Origin: an uncultured Bifidobacteriaceae bacterium
GTDB lineage: Bacteria; Acidobacteriota; Vicinamibacteria; Vicinamibacterales; UBA2999
Assembly (NCBI GenBank): GCA_964619705.1
Contig: CAZUGF010000010.1
Coordinates: forward strand, 1,234-65,233
Length of the DNA: 64,000 nt
Direction: 5' to 3'
This document shows positions 26,332 through 34,943 of this stretch, in pieces. Made by a program: the position numbers and the translations under genes. Below the pieces are notes generated by a model. The model ran no database searches, was not told the origin of the DNA, and worked only from the letters and a program-made list of their open reading frames with translations. The number at the start of each line of letters is the position of its first letter. Position 1 is the stretch's first letter.

Positions 26332-29013
26332 GTGGGACGGCTCTTCCGCCAGTTCATCCTCCGCCGCCTTGCCCGGGATCGCGCGCGCACGGCCACCACC
26401 ATCCTGGGCGTCGCCCTCGGCATTGCCGTTGTCATCGCCATCCAGTTGACGAACGCCAGCTCCGTGCGCGGCTTCGAGACCGCACTGGCCACCGTCGCGG
26501 GACGGACCTCCATCGAGATTCACGGCACCGGCGGCATCGACGAGACCCTGCTGCCGTCGCTCGGCTGGCTGCGCGAGATCGGAACCGCGTCACCGGTCAT
26601 CGAGGGCGAGATGGCCATCGTCCAGGACCCGCCGGGTGGACGAGACCTCGACCCCGAGCGGCGGCCGGCCCGGCGCAGCGAGGCCGTCAAGGTCCTGGGC
26701 GTCGACATCCTCCAGGACCGGACCCTGCGCGACTACGCGGTGGGCGCACGGCTCGGCACCGCGCCAGCCGTGGACGAGGACGCCGGCGCGGAGGGCACCG
26801 CGCTGTACGCGCAGCAGTTCCTGGAGCTGCTGACCTCGGCACGGGGCCTGGTCATCACGGAGAAGATGGCCCTGCGGCGCGGGTACGCGCTGGGTGATGA
26901 GATTCGCCTGATGGCCGGCGACCGCGTCAACACGTATGTCATCCGCGGCCTCCTGAAGGACGAAGGGCCGGCGCGGGTGATGGACGGCAGCTTCGTCCTG
27001 ATGGACATCGCCGCCGCGCAGCTCGCGTTCGACCGCCTCGGCCGCATCGACAGGATCGACGTGCAGGTGGGGCACCCTGGAGCACCGGACAGCACCCCCC
27101 GAGCGGCCACCACGGCCCAAATCGATGCGGCGCTCGCCGCCATCTCCGCGCGGCTGCCCGAGGGTCTCGCCGCGCAGCGTCCGGCACGCCGCGGGGAGCA
27201 GGTGGAGCGGATGCTGGCGGCCTTCCACCTGAACCTGACCGCGCTCTCGTGGGTCGCCCTCGTCGTCGGCCTCTACCTTGTCTACAACAGCGTGACGCTG
27301 TCCGTGATCGCACGGCGCGCGGAGATCGGCACGCTGCGTGCCGTCGGGGTCACGCGGCGGCAGGTGCTGGCGCTGTTCCTCGGCGAGGCGGCCGCACTCG
27401 GCCTGGCGGGAACGGTGCTGGGCCTCGGTATCGGGCGCCTGCTGGCGGACGCGGCACTCGGCCTCACGCGATCGACGGTGAGCACGCTCTATATCGCGAC
27501 GGCGTCGGCGCCGCCCGCACTGGACGGGGCGCACGTGGCGCTTGCGTTCGCGATCGGCGTCCCGCTCTCGCTGCTCGCGGCGGCCCTGCCCGCCCTGGAG
27601 GCCGCACGCGTGCTGCCCACGGCCGCGATGCGCGGCGCCGATCGCGTGGCCGCACACGAGACGCTCCGCGCGCGCGCGGTCGTCGCACCGGTAGTCGTGC
27701 TTGCCCTGGCCGCATGGCTGTCACGCCTGGGGCCCATCGACGGCCGCCCGATCTTCGGCTACCTTGCCGCGTTCGCCACCATCGCCGGCGCGTCGCTCCT
27801 CGTGCCCGCCTTCATCGTCATGCTGGCACGGCTGCTGCGGCGGGTGCTGCGGACCGGCCTCGGCGTGACGGGACTGCTGGCGCACGCCAACCTCAGCGCG
27901 GCCATTCCGCGCCTGTCGATCTCCGTGGCCGCCCTCGCCGTCAGTCTGTCGATGATGGTCGCCGTCGCCGTGATGATCGGCAGCTTCCGGGACACGGTGG
28001 CGTACTGGGTCGGGCAGACGCTCCAGGCGGACCTGTTCATCGGCCCCGGTGTGCAGCCGACCGTGGGGTCCGAGCAGACGCTGTCGCAGGCCGTCATCGA
28101 CGCCGTGCGGGCCCACCCGGACGTGGAGGCGGTGGACGCGTTCCGCAACATCGACCTCGTGTACGAGGGCAACCTCGTCGTCCTCGGCGCAAGCACGTTC
28201 GACACCGTCGTCACGCGTGGGTCGCTCCTCTTCAAGTCCCCGGCGGACGGCCGCGCAGCGCTCCGGCAGGCCATCGGCAAGGATGCGGTCATCGTGTCCG
28301 AGGCATTCGCCAACCGGTATGGCGTCGGGCCCGGCGATACGGTGACGCTCGCCACGCCGGCGGGCAGCCGGGCGTTTGCGGTGACAGCCGTCTACTACGA
28401 CTACGCCGTGGACCGCGGGGTCGTCCTGATGGACCGCGGCACCTTCCGCGTCCACTTCGGGGATCTGCCGCCCGGCGGGCTGGCCGCCTACCTCGGGGCG
28501 GACGCCGAGCCGGAGCGTGTCCGCGCCGAGATCCTCGCCAGCCTGGACGAGGGGCACCGCGCCTTCATCTACACCAACCGCGGGCTCCGCGCCGAGGTCC
28601 TGCGGATCTTCGACAGCACGTTCGCCATCACCTACGCGCTGGAGATCATCGCCGTCGCCGTCGCGATGCTGGGCGTCGGGGCGACGCTGCTGACGCTCGT
28701 GCTCGAGCGGCGCCGCGAGATCGCGATGCTCCGCCTGGTCGGCGCCACGCGCCGGCAGGTCCAGGCCGTCGTCGTCCTCGAGGCCGTGCTCATCGGCTCC
28801 GCCAGCCAGGCCATGGGCGTCGTCGTCGGCCTCGCACTGTCGCTGCTGCTCGTCTACGTGATCAACGTGCAGAGCTTCGGCTGGACCATCCAGTTTGCGG
28901 TGCCGGCCGCCTTCCTCGCCCAGATGTCCATCGCCATCGTCGTCGCGACGGCCGTGGCGGGGTTCTACCCGGCGCGCAGGGCGACGCGGCTCGTGGCCGA
29001 ACGGGACGAGTAG
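26332..29013 (+). CDS. ABC transporter permease with two FtsX domains (MacB-like)
   Basis: ORF 26272..29013. The start was set at the GTG at 26332, just after the ATPase stop, and the 26272 start would overlap that gene by 50 nt. There are two FtsX-type 4-TM blocks with large periplasmic loops. Confidence 0.85.
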   Translation: MGRLFRQFILRRLARDRARTATTILGVALGIAVVIAIQLTNASSVRGFETALATVAGRTSIEIHGTGGIDETLLPSLGWLREIGTASPVIEGEMAIVQDPPGGRDLDPERRPARRSEAVKVLGVDILQDRTLRDYAVGARLGTAPAVDEDAGAEGTALYAQQFLELLTSARGLVITEKMALRRGYALGDEIRLMAGDRVNTYVIRGLLKDEGPARVMDGSFVLMDIAAAQLAFDRLGRIDRIDVQVGHPGAPDSTPRAATTAQIDAALAAISARLPEGLAAQRPARRGEQVERMLAAFHLNLTALSWVALVVGLYLVYNSVTLSVIARRAEIGTLRAVGVTRRQVLALFLGEAAALGLAGTVLGLGIGRLLADAALGLTRSTVSTLYIATASAPPALDGAHVALAFAIGVPLSLLAAALPALEAARVLPTAAMRGADRVAAHETLRARAVVAPVVVLALAAWLSRLGPIDGRPIFGYLAAFATIAGASLLVPAFIVMLARLLRRVLRTGLGVTGLLAHANLSAAIPRLSISVAALAVSLSMMVAVAVMIGSFRDTVAYWVGQTLQADLFIGPGVQPTVGSEQTLSQAVIDAVRAHPDVEAVDAFRNIDLVYEGNLVVLGASTFDTVVTRGSLLFKSPADGRAALRQAIGKDAVIVSEAFANRYGVGPGDTVTLATPAGSRAFAVTAVYYDYAVDRGVVLMDRGTFRVHFGDLPPGGLAAYLGADAEPERVRAEILASLDEGHRAFIYTNRGLRAEVLRIFDSTFAITYALEIIAVAVAMLGVGATLLTLVLERRREIAMLRLVGATRRQVQAVVVLEAVLIGSASQAMGVVVGLALSLLLVYVINVQSFGWTIQFAVPAAFLAQMSIAIVVATAVAGFYPARRATRLVAERDE

Positions 29014-29071
29014 GAACGAGCGCCGGAGGGTGGTCCCCAGGCCGGCCGATGCGGTTGAATGGTGGAGGGTG

Positions 29072-30226
29072 ATGATCGAAAAGCGGCGCGGTGACGGACG
29101 CGCGGGACGACGAGGGGCGCGCGCGTACGCGGCCCTGCGCGTGGGCTGTGCGCTGACCCTGCTGCTCGGCGCCGCCGTTCCGCTGGCGGCCGACTGGCGG
29201 CAGGCGACGGCCGGATACCGGTTCGTGTTCCCGCGCGACCACGCCAGCCATCCGGAATACCGCATCGAGTGGTGGTACTACACCGGCAACGTCGCCACCG
29301 CCGGCGAACGACGGTTCGGGTACCAGTTGACGTTCTTCCGCGTCGGCGTGGACGAGACACCGGAGAATCCATCGCGCTGGGCGGTGCGGGACCTGTTCAT
29401 GGCCCACCTGGCCGTCACGGATCCCCAGGGTCGCCGCTACCGATTCGACGAGCGGCTCGGACGCGGCGGGCCCGGGCTCTCCGGCGCGGCCGCCGACCGC
29501 TACCACGTGTGGAACGGCGACTGGACCGCGGCGCTCGATGACGAGGGACGGCACGTGCTGTCCGCCTCCGGGCGATCGGCAGCAGTGAGCCTGGTCCTCG
29601 ACGAGGGCAAGCCTCCTGTCATCAACGGCGTCGACGGCATCAGCCAGAAGGGCGTGCGCGACGGGAACGCCTCGCACTACTACTCCCTCACGCGGATGCC
29701 GACGCGCGGGTCGATCACGATCGACGGCGAGCGCTTCGACGTCACCGGCGAGAGCTGGATGGATCGCGAGTTCGGGACGAGCGTCCTCGAACCCGAGCAG
29801 CGCGGCTGGGACTGGGTGTCCCTCCAGCTCGACGACGGGCGGGAGCTGATGCTCTACCAGCTCCGGCGCGCCGACCACGCGCGCGACCCGCAGTCCAGCG
29901 GAACCCTGACGGACACACAGGGCCGCGCCACGCACCTGACGGCGTCGGACTTCTCGATGGTCCCGGCAGGCCCACAGTACCAGGCACCGTCGGGTGCCAC
30001 GTACCCGGTGGCCTGGACGCTCACCGTGCCGGGTCACGACATCACCCTGCACGTGACGACACCGATGTCCGAGCAGGAACTGGTGACGGAGGCGGCGGGC
30101 ATCGCGTACTGGGAGGGCATGGTCGATGCGCAGGGATCGAGTGCCGGAGCGGCCGTGTCGGGGCGCGGCTACCTGGAGATGACGGGCTACCGGGGCAGCC
30201 TCGGACGCGTCCTGAGCCAGCGATGA
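29072..30226 (+). CDS. AttH-like / carotenoid 1,2-hydratase (CrtC)-like lipocalin-fold protein
   Basis: This is the in-frame ATG at residue 60 of ORF 28895..30226, with GGAGG upstream. FPRDHASHPEYRIEWWYYTGN...GYQLTFFR...SHYYSLTRM...GESWMDREFG is the AttH/CrtC family pattern. Confidence 0.8.
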   Translation: MIEKRRGDGRAGRRGARAYAALRVGCALTLLLGAAVPLAADWRQATAGYRFVFPRDHASHPEYRIEWWYYTGNVATAGERRFGYQLTFFRVGVDETPENPSRWAVRDLFMAHLAVTDPQGRRYRFDERLGRGGPGLSGAAADRYHVWNGDWTAALDDEGRHVLSASGRSAAVSLVLDEGKPPVINGVDGISQKGVRDGNASHYYSLTRMPTRGSITIDGERFDVTGESWMDREFGTSVLEPEQRGWDWVSLQLDDGRELMLYQLRRADHARDPQSSGTLTDTQGRATHLTASDFSMVPAGPQYQAPSGATYPVAWTLTVPGHDITLHVTTPMSEQELVTEAAGIAYWEGMVDAQGSSAGAAVSGRGYLEMTGYRGSLGRVLSQR

Positions 30227-30263
30227 CGGGCGCGTCCACGGCATCGGAGGTCGGGGTGCGCTC

Positions 30264-31304
30264 GTGAACATCGCCGTCATCGGCGCCGGGATGGCCGGCC
30301 TCACCGCCGCACGCGCGCTCCAGGAACGCGGCCACTCCGTGGCGGTGCTGGAGAAGGCACGGCGCCCGGGCGGGCGGATCTCGACACGACGAGTCACCAT
30401 CGAAGATCCCACGCACCCGTCCCTGGCCACCCTGGCATTCGACGACGGGGCACAGTACTTCACGGCTCGCGACCCGCGATTCGAGCGGGAAGTGGAAGCC
30501 TGGCAGCGCGCGCGCGTCGTCCAGGTCTGGCACGGCACGCTGGCGGCCTTCGACAGCGAGGGACGCGACCCCGTCGACGACGAGACGATGCGGTGGGTCG
30601 GCGTGCCGGGCATGGACGATCTCACGCGGCACCTGGCTCGCGGGCTCGATGTCACCTGCGGCCGGACGGTGACGAGCGTGGACCCCGACGGGAGTGGCGG
30701 AGCCGGTGCGCGCAGGTGGCGTCTCGCGACGAAGGACGGTGACGCACCCGGCCCATTCGATGCCGTCGTCCTGGCCGTGCCGGCGCCGGATGCCGTGCCG
30801 CTGCTCGTCCACACGCCGGAACTGGCCGCTGCCGCGGCGGCCGTCACGATGCACCCGTGCTGGTCCACGACGGTGGCGTTCGACGCGCGCGTGCCATCGG
30901 CCTTCGACGGCGCCTTCGTCAGCGCCAGCCCGCTCGGCTGGATCGCGCGCGATCGATCCAAGCCGAAGCGCGGCCTGGCGGAGACGTGGGTCCTCCACGC
31001 CGCCGCGTCGTGGAGCCGCGCGCACGCCGGCGATCGCGCCGACACCGTCGGCCCGTTCCTGCTGAACGCCTTCGCGGACCTGATCCGCGGACCCGTGCCG
31101 CGTCCTGTACACCTCGGGACGCGACGCTGGCGCGACGCGGCTGCCGACGTGCCGCTGACGCGCGGCGCCCTGATCGATCGCGCCGCGCGCATCGTCGTCT
31201 GCGGGGACTGGTGCCTGGGCACCCGGATCGAGTCCGCCTGCATGAGCGGTCTGCTCGCCGCGGAACTCCTGTCGGACATCGGAGAGGACGAGCGCAGCGC
31301 GTGA
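30264..31304 (+). CDS. NAD(P)/FAD-dependent oxidoreductase (renalase/amine-oxidase-like)
   Basis: 346 aa. IAVIGAGMAGLTAARAL...VAVLEKARRPGGR is the dinucleotide-binding motif. The C-terminal CGDWCLGTRIESACMSG is typical of the family. Confidence 0.85.
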   Translation: MNIAVIGAGMAGLTAARALQERGHSVAVLEKARRPGGRISTRRVTIEDPTHPSLATLAFDDGAQYFTARDPRFEREVEAWQRARVVQVWHGTLAAFDSEGRDPVDDETMRWVGVPGMDDLTRHLARGLDVTCGRTVTSVDPDGSGGAGARRWRLATKDGDAPGPFDAVVLAVPAPDAVPLLVHTPELAAAAAAVTMHPCWSTTVAFDARVPSAFDGAFVSASPLGWIARDRSKPKRGLAETWVLHAAASWSRAHAGDRADTVGPFLLNAFADLIRGPVPRPVHLGTRRWRDAAADVPLTRGALIDRAARIVVCGDWCLGTRIESACMSGLLAAELLSDIGEDERSA

Positions 31305-31309
31305 TGCGC

Positions 31310-31339
31310 GGCCGTGGGGCGGCCGTGGGGCGGCCGCGG
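31310..31339. repeat. Tandem 11-mer GGCCGTGGGGC x2 plus partial third copy
   Basis: Read directly in the sequence: GGCCGTGGGGC GGCCGTGGGGC GGCCGCGG. It lies between convergent genes and can fold via CGCGGCCG / CGGCCGCG. Confidence 0.6.
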
Positions 31340-31391
31340 ATGAGGGATCCGCGACGCGTGCGGTGAGTCAGAACGGAGCGGGCGCCGCGGC

Positions 31392-32030
31392 TCAGTCGTC
31401 GGCGGTGCGCCGCTTCTTCCGGCGGACGCGCCCGTGCTCGCCGGCCGTCCAGTAGAGCTGCACGAGCGTGCCCACGGCCCCGATCGCGATCCAGGCCCAG
31501 GGCACCCATCGCTGGCCCGGCGCGGGGTTCATCGGATAGGCCACCCACACGTTCCCGGCTGCCGCGGCGGCGAGCGCCGTCGGATCCCCGAGCAGCGCCG
31601 TGGCGCCGACGATGGCCGTCCAGGCGCCGCCGAACGCGGTGCCGACGATGATGACATAGCGCTGCAGCCATGTGGCCACGAGCGCGCCGGCGACCGACAG
31701 CAGAATCACGACGAAGGGGTGCGGGTCGCCCTCGATGCGTGTCCAGATCAGGTTGGCGAGGAACGCGCCCATGCCGGCGCCGATCAGCGCCACGCCGAGG
31801 AAGTAGGACGCGAGCAGGATGACGGCGCCCGCCAGGCCGCCGACAATCGCCGCGATGACCATGGCGGTCGTGTCGCTCGCGCCGAAGACCGAGCTGGCCG
31901 CGAGCGCGCCGATGAAGAACCCGAACACCGCCAGGACGACCTTGAAGAGACGATAGCCGAGGAAGCACGAGAGAATGCCGCCGGCCACGAGCAGCACGGC
32001 GGCGGGCAGTTGATAGGCCGATGGCAGCAT
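31392..32030 (-). CDS. DUF4203-like (TM7S3/TMEM198-like) membrane protein
   Basis: 212 aa with about 6-7 glycine-rich TM helices and a basic C-terminal tail (RVRRKKRRTADD). Its start is 4 nt downstream of the recR stop. Confidence 0.7.
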   Translation of the reverse strand: MLPSAYQLPAAVLLVAGGILSCFLGYRLFKVVLAVFGFFIGALAASSVFGASDTTAMVIAAIVGGLAGAVILLASYFLGVALIGAGMGAFLANLIWTRIEGDPHPFVVILLSVAGALVATWLQRYVIIVGTAFGGAWTAIVGATALLGDPTALAAAAAGNVWVAYPMNPAPGQRWVPWAWIAIGAVGTLVQLYWTAGEHGRVRRKKRRTADD

Positions 32031-32034
32031 CGCG

Positions 32035-32628
32035 CTACAGCTCCCGGCGCCCCTCGAGCGCCCGGCTCATGGTCAGGTCGTCCGCGTAGTCGAGGTCGCT
32101 GCCGACGGGAATGCCCATGGCGATCCGCGTCGCACGGACGCCGAGCGGCTTGAGCAGCCGCGCCAGGTAGATGGCCGTCGCCTCTCCCTCGACCGTCGGG
32201 TTGGTGGCCAGGATCACCTCGTCCACGCGGCCCTCGGCAATACGCGTCAGCAGCCCCTTGATCTTCAGGTCGTCCGGTCCGATGCCCGAGAGGGGCGAGA
32301 TGGCGCCCATGAGCACATGGTAGGTGCCGCGGAAGCCGCCCGTCTTCTCCACGACGTTCACGTTCTGCGGCTCCTCGACGACGCAGATGAGCGCCCGATC
32401 GCGCGAGTCGTCGGCGCAGATGGCGCAGGGGTCCACGTCCGTGATGTTGTTGCACGCCGTGCAGTAGGTCACGCGGTCCTTGACCGTCCGGATGGCCTCG
32501 CACAGCCGCTCCGCCTCGTCGCGCGGGGTCTTGAGCACGTGGAACGCGAGGCGCTGCGCGCTCTTGCCGCCGATGCCGGGCAGGCGCTTGAACTGATCGA
32601 TGAGCTGCTGGAGCGAGTCGGGGAGCAT
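32035..32628 (-). CDS. recR: Recombination protein RecR
   Basis: 197 aa. It has [15 protein letters not shown] (HhH), the Zn finger C-x2-C...C-x2-C ([17 protein letters not shown]), and a Toprim region. Confidence 0.95.
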   Translation of the reverse strand: MLPDSLQQLIDQFKRLPGIGGKSAQRLAFHVLKTPRDEAERLCEAIRTVKDRVTYCTACNNITDVDPCAICADDSRDRALICVVEEPQNVNVVEKTGGFRGTYHVLMGAISPLSGIGPDDLKIKGLLTRIAEGRVDEVILATNPTVEGEATAIYLARLLKPLGVRATRIAMGIPVGSDLDYADDLTMSRALEGRREL

Positions 32629-32647
32629 GGGACGGTTCCGGGAAGGA

Positions 32648-32950
32648 TCAGCCGCCGAGACCCGGGAGGCCGAGGCCCGACATCATCCCGCCCATGCGCT
32701 GCTGGAGTTCGGCATCCACCTTCCGGAACGCGTCGTTGACCGCGGCCAGGATCAGGTCCTGCAGCATGCCGACATCCTCCTTCGACACCACCTCCGGATC
32801 GATCACGATGGACTGCAGGTGCCGGTGGCCGTTCACCACGACGGTGACCATCCCGCCGCCGGCGGAGGCCTCCACGCGCAGTTCCGTCATCTGCTGCTGC
32901 AGGCGCTCCTGCATCTCCTGCGCCTGCTTCATCATGTGGCGAATATCCAT
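32648..32950 (-). CDS. ybaB: Nucleoid-associated protein YbaB/EbfC
   Basis: 100 aa. [14 protein letters not shown]...[25 protein letters not shown]...[10 protein letters not shown] is the YbaB family pattern. Confidence 0.95.
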   Translation of the reverse strand: MDIRHMMKQAQEMQERLQQQMTELRVEASAGGGMVTVVVNGHRHLQSIVIDPEVVSKEDVGMLQDLILAAVNDAFRKVDAELQQRMGGMMSGLGLPGLGG

Positions 32951-32980
32951 GGGGCCCTTCTGTCGGCTCGTGCCGGGTTC

Positions 32981-34744
32981 CTACTCGACCGTGGTCTTCT
33001 CGACGGGGAACACCTCGAGCAAGGTGCGCACGGTCTCGTCCTCGAGCGCCGTCTGGCGCCGGCCCTCGTCCGGGACTGCGGGATCGGCCTTGAGGGGCGC
33101 GGGCTCGGCAGCGGGAGCCGCGGCCGGCGCCGCCGCGTCGGTGAACGCGATGGTCACGGGCAGCTTCCGGCCCGCGACGGACTCCACGATCGACTGCAGC
33201 CAGGTGCGGTTCTCCTCGCACTGCTGCTTCGGCATCTTCTGGTTGGGCTGGAAGACGAAGGCCACGCCCGATTCGGTGGCATCGATGCGGAACGCCTGGG
33301 CCACCACGAGGTTGTAGAACGTCGGCTTCGACGACTTGAGGGTGGACAGCAGCGCATCGCGGAGCTTGCCCGGCGCGGCAGGAACCGGCGCGTCAGCCGC
33401 GGCCGGCGCGGCGGCGGCCGGTGCGGACGCCGATCGCCCTCCCGTTCGCGGGCTCGGCGGCGCCGTGCGCGATGTTCCCGCGACACCGGGCCTGGGCGCC
33501 ACGATGCCCGGTGCGGCCCCGCGTGCCGGTGCCGCGCTCCGCGCCCCGCTGCTGACACTGCCGGCGATTCTCCCGCCCGTCCCGCCGGCACCGCTCGTTC
33601 CGCCGGCCCTGGCGCCGCCGCCGAGCAGCAACTCGGCCAGGGGGACCAGCTTGCGCAGGTGCATGAGGCGCAGGAGGGCCATCTCCATGCTGAAGCGCGG
33701 CTGCTCGGAGTGGCGAATCTCCTGCTCCGCCCGCGTCAGCAGATCGAAGCCGCGGAGCAGGTCCTCGCGCGACCAGCGGTCGGCCAGCGCCAGGAGGCGT
33801 TCGCTGTCCCCATCGCCGGCGATGTCCGGGTCCGAGGCGCGGGACTTGTCCACGGACAGGATCAGCAGGTCGCGCACGGCGCGCGCCAGCTCGCGGCACA
33901 GCAGCCGCAGGTCGTATCCCCGTTCGATCGCGGTCTCGGTGAGCGCAAAGGCCGCCGGCGCGGCCTCCTCCACCACCGCCTCCAGCATGTCGAGCACCAG
34001 GTCGCGGCCGACCAGGCCGAGGACGGTGATCACGTCCTCCGTCGCGATGGTCTCGCCCGCGAAGGCCCGCACCTGATCGAGGGCGCTCAGCGAGTCGCGC
34101 ATGCTGCCCTCGCCGGCCCGCGCCAGCAGGAGCAGCGCGGCATCCGGCGCCTCAATCTGTTCCGCGTCCGCGATGTGGCGCAGGCGTTCGGCCACCGTCT
34201 TCGCCGGGATCGTGCGGAACTCATGCACCTGCGAGCGCGACAGCACCGTGTCCGGAATCTTGTGGAGCTCGGTCGTCGCCATCATGAAGACGACGTGCGG
34301 CGGCGGCTCCTCGATGGACTTGAGCAGGGCATTGAACGACGAGGCGGAGAGCATGTGCACCTCGTCGATGATGAAGACCTTGTAGCGGTTGCGCACCGGG
34401 GCAATGGACAGCCCCTCGATGATGACCTCGCGGACGTTGTCCACGCCCGTGTGCGTCGCGGCATCGATCTCCAGCACGTCGATGTCGCGGCCTTCGGCAA
34501 TCTCCACGCAGGGATCGCAGACGCCGCAGGGGTCCGGCGTGGGCCCGTTGACGCAGTTGAGGGCGCGGGCCAGGATGCGCGCGCTGGTCGTCTTGCCGCA
34601 GCCCCGCGGGCCGGCAAACACGAACGCCTGCGCGATGCGCTTGCTCTTGAGGGCGTTCCGCAGCGTCCGCGTCACGGCCTGCTGGCCCAGCACGTCGTCG
34701 AAACTCTGGGGCCGCCACTTGCGCGCGAGGACCTGGTAGGACAT
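32981..34744 (-). CDS. dnaX: DNA polymerase III subunit gamma/tau
   Basis: ORF 32981..34798, with the start at MSYQVLARKWRPQSF (34744). It has GPRGCGKTT (Walker A), the Zn module C-x-C...C, and DEVHMLS. Confidence 0.95.
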   Translation of the reverse strand: MSYQVLARKWRPQSFDDVLGQQAVTRTLRNALKSKRIAQAFVFAGPRGCGKTTSARILARALNCVNGPTPDPCGVCDPCVEIAEGRDIDVLEIDAATHTGVDNVREVIIEGLSIAPVRNRYKVFIIDEVHMLSASSFNALLKSIEEPPPHVVFMMATTELHKIPDTVLSRSQVHEFRTIPAKTVAERLRHIADAEQIEAPDAALLLLARAGEGSMRDSLSALDQVRAFAGETIATEDVITVLGLVGRDLVLDMLEAVVEEAAPAAFALTETAIERGYDLRLLCRELARAVRDLLILSVDKSRASDPDIAGDGDSERLLALADRWSREDLLRGFDLLTRAEQEIRHSEQPRFSMEMALLRLMHLRKLVPLAELLLGGGARAGGTSGAGGTGGRIAGSVSSGARSAAPARGAAPGIVAPRPGVAGTSRTAPPSPRTGGRSASAPAAAAPAAADAPVPAAPGKLRDALLSTLKSSKPTFYNLVVAQAFRIDATESGVAFVFQPNQKMPKQQCEENRTWLQSIVESVAGRKLPVTIAFTDAAAPAAAPAAEPAPLKADPAVPDEGRRQTALEDETVRTLLEVFPVEKTTVE

Positions 34745-34768
34745 GGAGGGTTGATTGTCGCTCCCTCC

Positions 34769-34890
34769 GGGCCCTACCGCGACCCGGAATTGCTGCACAC
34801 ATCACGGAAACGACTTAGCGCTGCTGCCTTCCGGCCCTGACGCGGTTCGCCGCCCTGAGATTGCACAGGTCCCGGGCCGCGGTGCGGCCC
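34769..34890 (-). ncRNA. ffs: Signal recognition particle RNA (small bacterial 4.5S type)
   Basis: The minus strand reads ...ACCGCGUCAGGGCCGGAAGGCAGCAGCGCUAAG..., which is the domain IV motif with a GGAA tetraloop (compare E. coli GGUCAGGUCCGGAAGGAAGCAGCC). The ends pair as a long helix (GGGCC..ACCGCGGCCCGG with CCGGGUCGCGGU..GGGCCC, and CUGUGCA with UGUGCAG). Its position just upstream of dnaX matches known synteny. Boundaries are uncertain by about 10 nt. Confidence 0.8.
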
Positions 34891-34943
34891 GCCGCCGGCT
34901 GACGCGAGGCCACAGGGACCGCGCCCGGCGAAGGAACGAACCC

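Noticed and set aside
31310-31339. CRISPR-like array.
   Set aside because: It has only 2.7 directly abutting 11-nt units with no spacers, and there are no cas genes in the window.
32981-34744. Programmed frameshift or slippery site in dnaX (gamma subunit production).
   Set aside because: I saw no A-AAA-AAG-type heptamer or long A-run in the coding strand, so there is nothing to support it.
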